Assembly (NCBI GenBank): GCA_965140445.1
Contig: OZ223236.1
Location: forward strand, 640,001 to 704,000
Length of the DNA: 64,000 bases
From: Candidatus Ozemobacteraceae bacterium
GTDB lineage: Bacteria > Muiribacteriota > Ozemobacteria > Ozemobacterales > Ozemobacteraceae
Direction: 5' to 3'
Part shown: one piece after another, positions 1-8,861 of the stretch
How positions within the stretch are numbered: the stretch's first letter is position 1
Layout of the letters: each line of letters begins with the position of its first letter
Translations under genes and position numbers: made by a program
The notes under the pieces: generated by a model
What the model was told of the DNA's origin: nothing
The model's input: only the letters and a program-made list of their open reading frames with translations
The model's database searches: none

Positions 1-588
1 TGCTCATTACCATTTTTGGATAAAATTCTTGAAGCAGGAGTGGTTGATAGCTTCAAAATTGAAGGCCGTGGAAGAAGTCCTGAGTATGTGAGCATTGTAA
101 CCTCATGTTATCGCCAGGTTATCGACTTTTATTACTCGAATAAAGACGAAGAAGGCTTTGCTGAAAAGATAAAAGCCTTAAAAGATAAGCTTTATAAAGA
201 ACTTGATTCTGTTTTTAATCGCGGATTCTCCGATGGATTCTTTCTTGGAAGACAAATTGAGGCCTGGACAGGTGGGAATGGTTCAAAAGCCAGCCATCGC
301 AAAGTCCAGATCGGCTATGTTACTAATTTTTACAAAAAAGTTGGAGTTGCTGAAATCAAGGTTGAGGGCCATGAGTTTAAAGCAGGCCAGGAACTAATGT
401 TTCAAGGTAAAACAACCGGTGTTTTAACTCAGATTGCCGAATCTATTGAAATTGAAGGCAAGACTGTGGAGATAGCCCATCAAGGCATTTCTGTTGGAGT
501 AAAGCTTTCTAAGCCAGTCAAAATTAATGACAAGGTGTTTATTATAGTTCCAATTGAACAGCTTCCCACAAATAGCTATAAGCAATGA
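1..588 (+). CDS. Peptidase U32 family protein, C-terminal part (5' end outside window)
   Basis: Frame is open from base 1; DSFKIEGRGRSPEYV is the U32 signature, followed by a C-terminal beta-barrel domain. Confidence 0.85.
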   Translation, partial: CSLPFLDKILEAGVVDSFKIEGRGRSPEYVSIVTSCYRQVIDFYYSNKDEEGFAEKIKALKDKLYKELDSVFNRGFSDGFFLGRQIEAWTGGNGSKASHRKVQIGYVTNFYKKVGVAEIKVEGHEFKAGQELMFQGKTTGVLTQIAESIEIEGKTVEIAHQGISVGVKLSKPVKINDKVFIIVPIEQLPTNSYKQ

Positions 589-1043
589 TTGAATGCAGAG
601 CGCCGCTTACCAGTGAAGAATGGGAGCAATACTTCCAACTACGCTGGCTAATTCTCCGTAAACCATGGGGACAAGTAGAGGGCTCTGAAAAAGATTCAAT
701 AGAGGAACTTTGCGTTCATTTTGCTGCCTTTGATGCTGGAGTAATTGTTGGTGTTGCCAGGCTACAGTTCAATAACGATGAAGAAGCTCAGCTTCGCTAT
801 ATGGCTGTGACTGAATCGTATCGTAATAGAAAAATAGGGCAACTTTTAGTTAAAAATATTGAGCGAATAGCAATTGAGAGAGGTATGAAGAGAATTGTTT
901 TAAACTCAAGAGAAATTGCGGTGGGTTTTTATCAAAAGCTTGGCTATACTGTTTCTAAACAAGGAAAAACTTTGTTTGGAACAATAAAGCATTTTGTCAT
1001 GGAGAAAGCATTAGCTCCAGAGGAGATAGAGAATGGATACTAA
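585..1043 (+). CDS. GNAT N-acetyltransferase (YiiD/ElaA-like)
   Basis: LRWLILRKPW, QLRYMAV..YRNRKIG and AVGFYQKLGY motifs; start overlaps the upstream stop (ATGA). Confidence 0.85.
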   Translation: MIECRAPLTSEEWEQYFQLRWLILRKPWGQVEGSEKDSIEELCVHFAAFDAGVIVGVARLQFNNDEEAQLRYMAVTESYRNRKIGQLLVKNIERIAIERGMKRIVLNSREIAVGFYQKLGYTVSKQGKTLFGTIKHFVMEKALAPEEIENGY

Positions 1044-1893
1044 AGTCGCCTGTTGTGGCTGCAGTGGTTGTGGTTGTTTTCTAATTATTATTTCAATAAT
1101 AGTTGGGGGATATTTTGGATTTAGTTTTTTAAAAAGTTCAGGGCGTGGTTTTGTTGCTTTTAGTTTCCAAAAAGCCATGGAAAACCTCGTTGAAGATAGC
1201 TTGCCATCAGAGGACAAAAAAGAGGTTCTCACTCTTGTAGATGGAGTAAAAAAAGAAATTTCCGATGGAAAAATAGGATTATTTGACCTGTTTAAAGAGG
1301 GAACATCAGGGGTTGAAGGAAATACTTATTTAAAATCTCTGATTCTTGGTTTTAAAAACCTGTATCTTACAAAAGCAGAATCAGATGAAAATATAAAAAT
1401 TGTAAATCGATTCCTGGGCGGGATCTATTCTGAACATATAGATACGTATAAAGCAGCTTCTTTAACCAGTATTATCTCTCAGAGATACAGTAAGAAGATG
1501 AGAACTTCGTCCTCGCAAAAGGGCAAGATCAAATACGAAGGAAAAAGGCTGAATAAAAAACTTAGCCCTGAAAAAGTTCAACAGGCAATCAAAGTAATGC
1601 AGGATATAATTTCTAAATATGAAGTTCCGGTACCAGCAGAATCATTTGATGGTGAAAAGCTTTTTAAAAAGGATGTCATAGGGATCATAAAAAGACTTAA
1701 AAGTATTTCTGAAAACGCTTCTGGCTCTTCAAAAATTGGAATAAAAGATTTGATCAACGAAATAGACAAAGTTAATAAAGCCCAATCAACAGCTTCAAAA
1801 ACCATGAATGCCGAGGAACCTGTTGATAAAAAAATTGAAGAATTGGGTGGCGAACCCGATTCTAATGAAAAGCAGGTTGAGGAAGTTGATTAA
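1033..1893 (+). CDS. Hypothetical membrane-anchored protein
   Basis: 286-aa ORF with an N-terminal CCGCSGCGC segment and one TM helix; overlaps both neighbours. Confidence 0.7.
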   Translation: MDTKVACCGCSGCGCFLIIISIIVGGYFGFSFLKSSGRGFVAFSFQKAMENLVEDSLPSEDKKEVLTLVDGVKKEISDGKIGLFDLFKEGTSGVEGNTYLKSLILGFKNLYLTKAESDENIKIVNRFLGGIYSEHIDTYKAASLTSIISQRYSKKMRTSSSQKGKIKYEGKRLNKKLSPEKVQQAIKVMQDIISKYEVPVPAESFDGEKLFKKDVIGIIKRLKSISENASGSSKIGIKDLINEIDKVNKAQSTASKTMNAEEPVDKKIEELGGEPDSNEKQVEEVD

Positions 1894-2651
1894 TGTCAGA
1901 GTGGAAAACGTTTTTTAATGGCTATGCTCACAAATACGAGGAAGAATGTTTCACCAAAGGAACTATCGCTGAAGTTGATTTCCTGATCGAAGAGCTTGGT
2001 TTAAATCCAGGAAACTCAATATTGGATATAGGTTGCGGCACTGGTCGTCATTCCCTGGAGCTAGCCAGACGAGGTTTCCAAGTCACAGGGGTTGATTTCT
2101 CCGCAGAAATGCTCGAGGTTGCTAGAAATAGAGCCATTAACGAGGGCCTGCTTATAGAATTTATTGAATCCCCGGCTCAGGATTTCGTTCCCACCAAAAA
2201 ATATGACGCTGCAATATCGCTCTGCGAAGGCGCCCTCTGTCTGTTTGGCTCAGAAGACAACATATGGGGCAAGGACATGGCTATTCTAGCCAACATGGCA
2301 GAAGCCCTCGAACCCGGAAAGCCATTTCTAATTACAGTGCTTAACGCCTTTAAGATGATCCGTTCTATCACTGATGACGACATAAAATCAGGAACTGTTG
2401 ATCTTTTCACCCTCTCGCAAAAATTCGCGTATAAGGGCCAGGATTCCGGTGGCCAGGAAATCAGCATTTCGGCTATCGAACGATATTATACTCCATCTGA
2501 GATGGTCAGAATGGTTAACCGCATAGGATTAAAAGTTGACCACCTTTACGCTGGCACAGCTGGTTCCTGGAAAAAGGATCATATCAGTCTGGATGAGTTT
2601 GAATTTATGCTCATCGGCCATAAAAAGGACCATAAGGGCAAGTCTGCTTAA
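1893..2651 (+). CDS. Class I SAM-dependent methyltransferase
   Basis: ILDIGCGTGRH motif I and VTGVDFS motif. Confidence 0.9.
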   Translation: MSEWKTFFNGYAHKYEEECFTKGTIAEVDFLIEELGLNPGNSILDIGCGTGRHSLELARRGFQVTGVDFSAEMLEVARNRAINEGLLIEFIESPAQDFVPTKKYDAAISLCEGALCLFGSEDNIWGKDMAILANMAEALEPGKPFLITVLNAFKMIRSITDDDIKSGTVDLFTLSQKFAYKGQDSGGQEISISAIERYYTPSEMVRMVNRIGLKVDHLYAGTAGSWKKDHISLDEFEFMLIGHKKDHKGKSA

Positions 2652-2736
2652 TTATTAAAAATTTGATCATTCCGCTGGGTAAATTACGAAAGTAAGAATC
2701 AATTTCAGTTTTACTAATTTTCATTTGTTTCAAAAG

Positions 2737-2792
2737 TGTACCCTTTTTGACAACTTTCCAGCATAAAATTGCCAGAAAATCAGCATTGCTGA
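2737..2792 (+). promoter_or_regulatory. Putative enhancer (bEBP upstream activating sequence) boxes, copy 1
   Basis: TGT-N10-ACA (2737-2752), TGC-N10-GCA (2770-2785) and dyad tcagca-t-tgctga (2780-2792); all three are conserved in the three copies. Confidence 0.6.
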
Positions 2793-2863
2793 AATTTACA
2801 AATTCATAACTTTCTTTACCAAGTTGTAGATTTGATGCGGGTTTTGCTTCTTGGCTTTTAAGT

Positions 2864-2879
2864 TGGCACGCAAGTTGCT
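2864..2879 (+). promoter_or_regulatory. Sigma54 -24/-12 promoter, copy 1
   Basis: TGGCACG-CAAG-TTGCT matches the RpoN consensus TGGCACG-N4-TTGCW. Confidence 0.85.
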
Positions 2880-2940
2880 CTATAAGGCGCATCACGAAAT
2901 AAGTAATAAGTTTTAATAAGATAATCGGAGGTCGTTTGTT

Positions 2941-3348
2941 ATGAGTAAAGGTATCATCACTTCATTAGTATTGGCAGTTTCTCTTCTTCTTACCCCTGTA
3001 GCTTTCGCTGGTAATCCAAACCAGAGCGGTCAGTCTTCACAGTCCTCACAGGCAAGTCAGGCTGGACATGGTAAGAAAAAATGCTTCCTCAAGAAAGTTA
3101 AAAAAGCAGTTAAAAAGACTGTTAAGAAAACTGTAAAAAAAGTTAAGAAAACAGCTAAAAAAGTAAAAAAAGCCACTGTAAAAACTTGTGACAAAATCCA
3201 GAACAAAGTAATGGATACTGGTGTTGCAGCTAAAAAGAAAATCACTGGCAAAAAATGCAAAACTTTCGTAAAAGGCCATTACACTAAAAAAGGCACTCAC
3301 GTAAAAGGTCATTTCAGAAAAGTATCAAAAGGTTGCTGCAAAAGATAA
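2941..3348 (+). CDS. Secreted Lys-rich small protein, copy 1 (135 aa)
   Basis: GGAGG SD, Sec signal peptide ending AFA, 36 Lys, C-terminal VKGHYTKKGTHVKGHFR motif. Confidence 0.9.
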   Translation: MSKGIITSLVLAVSLLLTPVAFAGNPNQSGQSSQSSQASQAGHGKKKCFLKKVKKAVKKTVKKTVKKVKKTAKKVKKATVKTCDKIQNKVMDTGVAAKKKITGKKCKTFVKGHYTKKGTHVKGHFRKVSKGCCKR

Positions 3349-3395
3349 TTTCACGCTAGCACCAAAAACAAAAATTTAATCATACCTTAAAAAAA

Positions 3396-3448
3396 CAAAC
3401 ACCTTCGGGATTCGGTTAACACTTGAATCCCGGAGGTGTTTGCTTTTA
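3396..3448 (+). terminator. Rho-independent terminator of repeat copy 1
   Basis: caaacaccttcgggattc ... gaatcccggaggtgtttg stem followed by ctttt. Confidence 0.8.
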
Positions 3449-3572
3449 GCCAGAATAGTTTGCAAGCCTGATAATTTTGGGCTTGCTTTAGCTTTTTACA
3501 CTGGTTGGAGTTATAATCAACATTAAATTAAAATTAAAGACCGATTTGCTTATGCCAACGGGAGGCTTTGAG

Positions 3573-6566
3573 ATGAAAAAAATTATTATCATTTTACTTA
3601 TGCTTTGCATGGAAATGACCTGTTTTGCTACAGATAGGTTTGGCCGCCCGGAAAAGCCGTTTGAATCAGATAGCGAACTTTTATATTCAAAAAACGGCGA
3701 GTCATATCATTTTGTTATTCGCATTGTCAGCCCAATGGACAAAGATGCTCCATTTTTTTTCCGTAAAGATTTAATTGGAATTAAAGAACTGAAGAAAGGC
3801 GAATCAATTTTCAGCATTTTGAATTTTGAAGGCCGCGGAAAATATTATGGCTATTCTTTATACGGTTGGGGTTCTATTAATGGCAGTCCCAATGAATTTG
3901 CTAAACGCTTTGAAAATAAGATAAGCAAAGATTTTAAGCCCATTAGATTCAATAAAATACAGCATAGCGAAATGGCTCGTTTAATCAATGTCTGTGCAGA
4001 GACAGACACTGATCTTGAGAAAATACCATCTATTAAAAGTTGGTTAAAAAGCCTGAATGAAGAGCTGGAAAAATACTGTTGGCTTATTGGTTTTTTAATG
4101 CCAGACAGCAGAACAAACTTTAGAGAGCGTGGTAGAGACATAGATTTATACAGCGTATTTACTGGAATCAGCGCAATCAGAGAAACTTTACAATCGGATG
4201 CAAATCTTAATGATACTGAAATCGCTGATGATCCAGAGTGCAAGGAAAACATTAGAAAGATTGGTCGTGCTACAGATATGTATCGCATGGACAATAGCGA
4301 ACCCATGAAGGAACTTGATCTAAAATTGCTGGTAAAAGGAAAATACCTTCAATCGATGCCCATATGTAATGGAAAGTCTGATTATTACTACAGTGATAAA
4401 GGTCAGATAAGGTGTCCACGTCATGGTGATTATCTTAATTCTGAGCCAGATGAGTCAGAAGCAAAATTTAACGAAGAATTAGTAAGTGTCGGAGAGATTA
4501 AAGGGCCTGAGGCTCCTTCCCATGACTGGAAGAAAATGATTAAGAATCCGGATCTAAAATTGCCGGCTTCTTATAATCTGATACCTGAAGATTGTGCATT
4601 CATACATTTTCCATCCTATACGGCATTTCGCAAAGCATTTGATTTTTTTAGCGATTGGTCAACCTCCTTTGGAGCGGCTTTTGGTGGTGAATCTGGTAAA
4701 GCAAATTTCAATATCGAAAAGCAGATAAAAGACCAGCTTCTTCTAAAAACCGACATTTTAACCAAACTCTTTGCTGATGTTGTTTTAAGCGATATTGTTT
4801 TTCTTAGTGAAGATCCATTCATTTTTGAAGGATCTGCTTTCGCTATCATTCTAAAGATAAACAATGAGCCGATGTTAACGCAAAAGCTTAGTATGACTGC
4901 CGATGAGTTTTGCAAAAATTATCCTGAGATAAAAGAAAGCAAAATGACTATTGATGGTCACACCGTGCAGGCCTTTACTTCTCAGGATTTTCATTTTCGG
5001 TCTTACCGCTTGATTGCACAAGGACACCAGATTGTCTGCAACTCGCCAGTATTAATGGAAAAAATCGTAGCTTTGATTAATGGCAACGGCCCTTCTATGG
5101 CAAAGAGTCTTGATTTACGCTATTTCTATGAGCACATAGAAAACAATTTTCCTGGTTCGGACAGAATTTTCACTTTTCTTTCCGATGCATTTATCCGCAA
5201 ATTAATTGGTCCTGCATATAAAGTTGCTACAAAGCAACGCCTGGAGTGCATTAGAAATTCACTTTTGCAGAGTTATGAAGCACTGGTAAACGGTAAAATG
5301 AGTTCAGAGCTTAAGTGCCCGGAAGATGGCAAATATAGTTTTGAAAATTGTCAGCTTAGTTGCTCAAAACATAGAAGCTTTGGTTATATGACTCCGGTAA
5401 GTGAAAGTCTTCCAAAGCAGATAACCAGATCAGAAGCCTCTGCTTACAACAGATTTGTCACAAATTATAACCAGTATTTCACGCAATTTTTTGACCCAAT
5501 AGGATTTGTTTTTTCTACAGAACCAACTTTTCGCGGTCGTCTGCTTATAATGCCACTAGTTGAAAAAGGTATTTATAGTGAACTTCAGCAAAATTTGAAA
5601 ATTGAGCCCATGAATCCTGGCCCAAAACTTAAAAATGGCGTTTTAAAAGTTGGCACAAAGCTTAAAGCGGATAAATTTCTGAATTTATTTGTATGGGGGA
5701 GAGGAATTGTTGATAGTAAGCTATATGGATTGATCGATAGATGGTTTACTGGTTGCATTTGGATACATTTGGCGGATCATCCACTATTGTTTCAATGGGA
5801 ATCAAATTTAGTTGCCAGGGGAATACTTGATGAACTTGGTGGAAGAGGAAGAAATTGGGGCTTCGCTGGTATGGTTCCTGGTATTTTAAGCATATTTTCT
5901 CCAATGATGTTTGCTGTTGAAATGACCAGTGAGAAACATTATCAGGACATTATTGACCTTATAAAATTGATGAACGATTCAACAAGAAAACGCAGAGGAT
6001 TCTTGTTTTCCCCAAATGTAAAAATGGAAAATCTCATTGAGAATGGAATTGAAATGTATGTTCTGTCCATTGATTTGTTTGCAATAAAAAAGACGTTCTA
6101 TTTAACGCAAAGGAATGGCTTTATTTTGATTGCCAGCAAAAAAGAGCTTCTTTATGAGTTAGAAGACCCTGAAAAAGATGAAAAAACGCGGCTTAAAGGC
6201 AATTTTAACCTTGTTTTTTATCCACAGAATTTTAAGCTAATGCGCTCAGATTTACTGGAAATGCGGGCTAGATCGCAGCGTGATTCCTGTTTGACCAATT
6301 TGAGAAATCTCCATTTTGTAAGCTGCTTTAAACCAGAAGAGGCTTATAAATACTATCATTTACTATTTGGTTCTTTACCAGCTTGTCCTGCTGGAGGTAA
6401 ATATTCACCGCTTGCCCCCGTATCATGTTCTGTTCATGGCACAATTAAGTCTGGCGTAATAAAATCTGTTCCTGACTTTCTGAACGGCATTAAGTCTATT
6501 TCAATCCAGAACTTTATTAACGCTGATGGCTTTCAAAGTGAAATTATCTTTGATCAGTCGCATTAA
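3573..6566 (+). CDS. Large secreted hypothetical protein with three Cys3His pilin-like modules
   Basis: GGAGG SD before ATG 3573, signal peptide MKKIIIILLML, three C...C/CPxxG...CxxH segments. Confidence 0.8.
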   Translation: MKKIIIILLMLCMEMTCFATDRFGRPEKPFESDSELLYSKNGESYHFVIRIVSPMDKDAPFFFRKDLIGIKELKKGESIFSILNFEGRGKYYGYSLYGWGSINGSPNEFAKRFENKISKDFKPIRFNKIQHSEMARLINVCAETDTDLEKIPSIKSWLKSLNEELEKYCWLIGFLMPDSRTNFRERGRDIDLYSVFTGISAIRETLQSDANLNDTEIADDPECKENIRKIGRATDMYRMDNSEPMKELDLKLLVKGKYLQSMPICNGKSDYYYSDKGQIRCPRHGDYLNSEPDESEAKFNEELVSVGEIKGPEAPSHDWKKMIKNPDLKLPASYNLIPEDCAFIHFPSYTAFRKAFDFFSDWSTSFGAAFGGESGKANFNIEKQIKDQLLLKTDILTKLFADVVLSDIVFLSEDPFIFEGSAFAIILKINNEPMLTQKLSMTADEFCKNYPEIKESKMTIDGHTVQAFTSQDFHFRSYRLIAQGHQIVCNSPVLMEKIVALINGNGPSMAKSLDLRYFYEHIENNFPGSDRIFTFLSDAFIRKLIGPAYKVATKQRLECIRNSLLQSYEALVNGKMSSELKCPEDGKYSFENCQLSCSKHRSFGYMTPVSESLPKQITRSEASAYNRFVTNYNQYFTQFFDPIGFVFSTEPTFRGRLLIMPLVEKGIYSELQQNLKIEPMNPGPKLKNGVLKVGTKLKADKFLNLFVWGRGIVDSKLYGLIDRWFTGCIWIHLADHPLLFQWESNLVARGILDELGGRGRNWGFAGMVPGILSIFSPMMFAVEMTSEKHYQDIIDLIKLMNDSTRKRRGFLFSPNVKMENLIENGIEMYVLSIDLFAIKKTFYLTQRNGFILIASKKELLYELEDPEKDEKTRLKGNFNLVFYPQNFKLMRSDLLEMRARSQRDSCLTNLRNLHFVSCFKPEEAYKYYHLLFGSLPACPAGGKYSPLAPVSCSVHGTIKSGVIKSVPDFLNGIKSISIQNFINADGFQSEIIFDQSH

Positions 6567-6580
6567 AAATTTGATGCACT

Positions 6581-7090
6581 ATGGAGTTTAAACTTCTTGC
6601 TGATAATTTGACTGAGGTTCCTACTGTTGCCAGGTGGCTCAATTCAGAATGGGGAGATCCTTCTGATAAGGAATCTATCCGCAATCTTGAGAGCCGTTTG
6701 AGAGATAGAGCCAGTCGAGATAAAATCCCGGTTCATCTTTTGGCATATAAAGACAATTTATTAGTGGGTTTTGGAGTTCTAAAAATCAGAGAGATGGATA
6801 TATATCCAGATTTCGAACATTGGCTCGGAAGCCTGTATGTTATTCCACAATATCGAGGAAAAGGCATCGGCAAAGCTCTTATAAAAGAGATTGTGACCAG
6901 AGCAATTTCATACGGCGTTACTTGTTTATATTTGCAAACCGAAAAACAAAACATAGGACTTTATCAGAAGCTCGGATGGGTTCTGTTGGATCAAGTTAAA
7001 TACAAAGGCTATGATGCATCAGTGATGAGGCTGGATTTACTTGAAAAAGCCTCTTTAGTCAGGATTAAGAAAGAGAACGATAGGTTATAG
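6581..7090 (+). CDS. GNAT N-acetyltransferase
   Basis: WLGSLYVIPQYRGKGIGKAL and LYQKLGW motifs. Confidence 0.9.
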   Translation: MEFKLLADNLTEVPTVARWLNSEWGDPSDKESIRNLESRLRDRASRDKIPVHLLAYKDNLLVGFGVLKIREMDIYPDFEHWLGSLYVIPQYRGKGIGKALIKEIVTRAISYGVTCLYLQTEKQNIGLYQKLGWVLLDQVKYKGYDASVMRLDLLEKASLVRIKKENDRL

Positions 7091-7096
7091 CTTTCG

Positions 7097-7558
7097 CTAT
7101 TTGTCATTATTTGAAATTACAATTGATGTCAGTGATTTGTATTCTTCTAGTTGCTTTTCCGATAGAGAAGAAAAAAAGACCTCATCAGCATTTTCAATAG
7201 CAACAATAGCTTCAAGGAGTATCTTTTGAGCTTTTTTTGTTAAGAAAACATTTGTTGCACGGTTGTCTGTTGCTGAGCTTTCTCTTGAAACCAGGCCACC
7301 TTTCTCTAATCGGCGAACTGCTTTTGAAACGGTCATTTTATCAATCTTCGTGTGTGAAACTAGATGCGATTGTGTAATTGGTTCGTTCTTTTCTTCGAAC
7401 CACTTTAAAGATGCAAGCAGAGCGTATTGTGTCTGGGTAATTCCAAAATGGTTCAAAATTGATGTTAGCTTGGTTTGCCACAATGTTGTGATTTTCCATA
7501 AGAGAAAACCCGTAGAGCTATCTGCTTTATCAAATTTAAAAGGAGAAGAATTATTCAT
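7097..7558 (-). CDS. MarR family transcriptional regulator
   Basis: ITQTQY..L, DKMTVSKAVRRLEKGGLV and DNRA wHTH pattern. Confidence 0.9.
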   Translation of the reverse strand: MNNSSPFKFDKADSSTGFLLWKITTLWQTKLTSILNHFGITQTQYALLASLKWFEEKNEPITQSHLVSHTKIDKMTVSKAVRRLEKGGLVSRESSATDNRATNVFLTKKAQKILLEAIVAIENADEVFFSSLSEKQLEEYKSLTSIVISNNDK

Positions 7559-7970
7559 TTTTTACTGCCTCGATTAGTTTGTTGGTCTGCTCTTCAAGCC
7601 CATTAGCAACGCCTTCTGCAACAAGTTTTCTCCACACAAATGCCAAAAATCCCTCTACCCTAATTGTTGATTTAATTTCCACTTTGTTGCCATGGGTAAT
7701 AAGTTCATGTGTGTCATACATTTTAGCTAATGGAAATCTTGTGAGGTCTACAAAGCAGGAACCTGGATGAACTTCGGTCAGTTCCAAATTTATGTTTGGC
7801 CCACCTTTGGGTCTAAATTTGATCACATTACCTTCTTTAAATTCTCCATCGAGTTTAGCATAGTCAATATCGTCCTGCCATTTATGCCAATTGTTTACGT
7901 CGGTCCATACTTTCCATATTTTTTCTGCACTAAGCCCTTCTACTGTAATGCTGTAAGTTTTGCTCCACAT
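7551..7970 (-). CDS. SRPBCC / polyketide cyclase family protein
   Basis: AEKIWKVWTDVNNWHKW motif; overlaps the marR start. Confidence 0.85.
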   Translation of the reverse strand: MWSKTYSITVEGLSAEKIWKVWTDVNNWHKWQDDIDYAKLDGEFKEGNVIKFRPKGGPNINLELTEVHPGSCFVDLTRFPLAKMYDTHELITHGNKVEIKSTIRVEGFLAFVWRKLVAEGVANGLEEQTNKLIEAVKNE

Positions 7971-8001
7971 AATTTTCTCCTGTAAAACTTGGTATTTTTA
8001 A

Positions 8002-8030
8002 ATAGTAAACCGGTTTACTAAAAAAGTCAA
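8002..8030 (-). promoter_or_regulatory. Sigma70 promoter with overlapping 18-bp palindromic operator (probable MarR site)
   Basis: Minus strand TTGACT-17-TACTAT; perfect palindrome tagtaaaccggtttacta at 8003-8020. Confidence 0.75.
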
Positions 8031-8091
8031 GAGTTCGATAGTTTTTATATATTTCACTACTTATTGGCGTCATTTACTTTAACGAAAACAT

Positions 8092-8237
8092 AAAAAAGCC
8101 ACTGTAAACCCGGTGACAAAATCCAGAATACAGCTATGAATACAGGCGTTACAGCTAAAAAGAAAAACGCTGACAAAAAAACTAAACTTCTGTAAAAGAC
8201 CGCTGCACTAAAAAAATAAGCATATGTAAAAAGTCAT
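8092..8237 (+). pseudogene. Degenerate fragment of the Lys-rich gene (3' half)
   Basis: aaaaaagccactgtaaa..gtgacaaaatccagaa..ggcgtt.cagctaaaaagaaaa..gtaaaa.gtcat aligns to about 3165-3312 with many substitutions and indels. Confidence 0.85.
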
Positions 8238-8376
8238 CGATGCCAAAGGTGTACCCTTTTTGACAACTTTTCAGCATGAAATTGCCAGAAAATCAGCATT
8301 GCTGAAATTTACAAATCTATAGCTATCTTTGCTTAGTTTCAGATTTGATGCGGGTTTGACTCTGTGATTCTTAAGT

Positions 8377-8392
8377 TGGCACGCAAGTTGCT
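8377..8392 (+). promoter_or_regulatory. Sigma54 promoter, copy 2
   Basis: TGGCACG-CAAG-TTGCT, with TGT-N10-ACA at 8250-8265. Confidence 0.85.
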
Positions 8393-8453
8393 TTATAAGG
8401 CGCATCACGAAATAAGTAATAAGTTTTAATAAGATAATCGGAGGTTGTTTGTT

Positions 8454-8861
8454 ATGAGTAAAGGTATCATCACTTCATTAGTATTGGCAGTTTCTCTTCT
8501 TCTTACCCCTGTAGCTTTCGCTGGTAATCCAAACCAGAGCGGTCAGTCTTCACAGTCCTCACAGGCAAGTCAGGCTGGGCATGGTAAGAAAAAATGCTTC
8601 TTCAAGAAAATCAAAAAAGCAGTTAAAAAGACTGTTAAGAAAACCGTTAAAAAAGTTAAGAAAACAGCTAAAAAAGTAAAAAAAGCCACTGTAAAAACTT
8701 GTGACAAAATCCAGAACAAAGTAATGGATACTGGCGTTGCAGCTAAAAAGAAAATCACTGGCAAAAAATGCAAAACTTTCGTAAAAGGCCATTACACTAA
8801 AAAAGGCACTCACGTAAAAGGTCATTTCAGAAAAGTATCAAAAGGTTGCTGCAAAAGATAA
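8454..8861 (+). CDS. Secreted Lys-rich small protein, copy 2
   Basis: ATG 8454 is equivalent to 2941; differs from copy 1 at 2 residues (FL>FF, KV>KI). Confidence 0.9.
   Translation: MSKGIITSLVLAVSLLLTPVAFAGNPNQSGQSSQSSQASQAGHGKKKCFFKKIKKAVKKTVKKTVKKVKKTAKKVKKATVKTCDKIQNKVMDTGVAAKKKITGKKCKTFVKGHYTKKGTHVKGHFRKVSKGCCKR

Larger units (their letters stand above)
2736..3450 (+). repeat. Direct repeat unit copy 1 (715 bp): upstream boxes, sigma54 promoter, Lys-rich gene, terminator
   Basis: Aligns with 8249-8963 and 10377-11093 from gtgtaccctttttgacaac to tgcttttagc. Confidence 0.95.

Noticed and set aside
3046..3312. Phe-rich minus-strand ORFs (also 8559-8825, 10687-10953) as membrane toxins
   Set aside because: They are the antisense shadow of AAA/AAG Lys codons; the promoter, SD and signal peptide all support the plus strand.
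3396..3450. Repeat hairpins as integron attC sites
   Set aside because: No RYYYAAC/GTTRRRY core ends, cargo genes lack individual sites and have mixed orientation, and no IntI is present. The hairpin fits a terminator.
8092..8861. Relic and gene pair as a DGR template/variable repeat
   Set aside because: Differences are not confined to adenines, include indels, and no reverse transcriptase or Avd is in the window.
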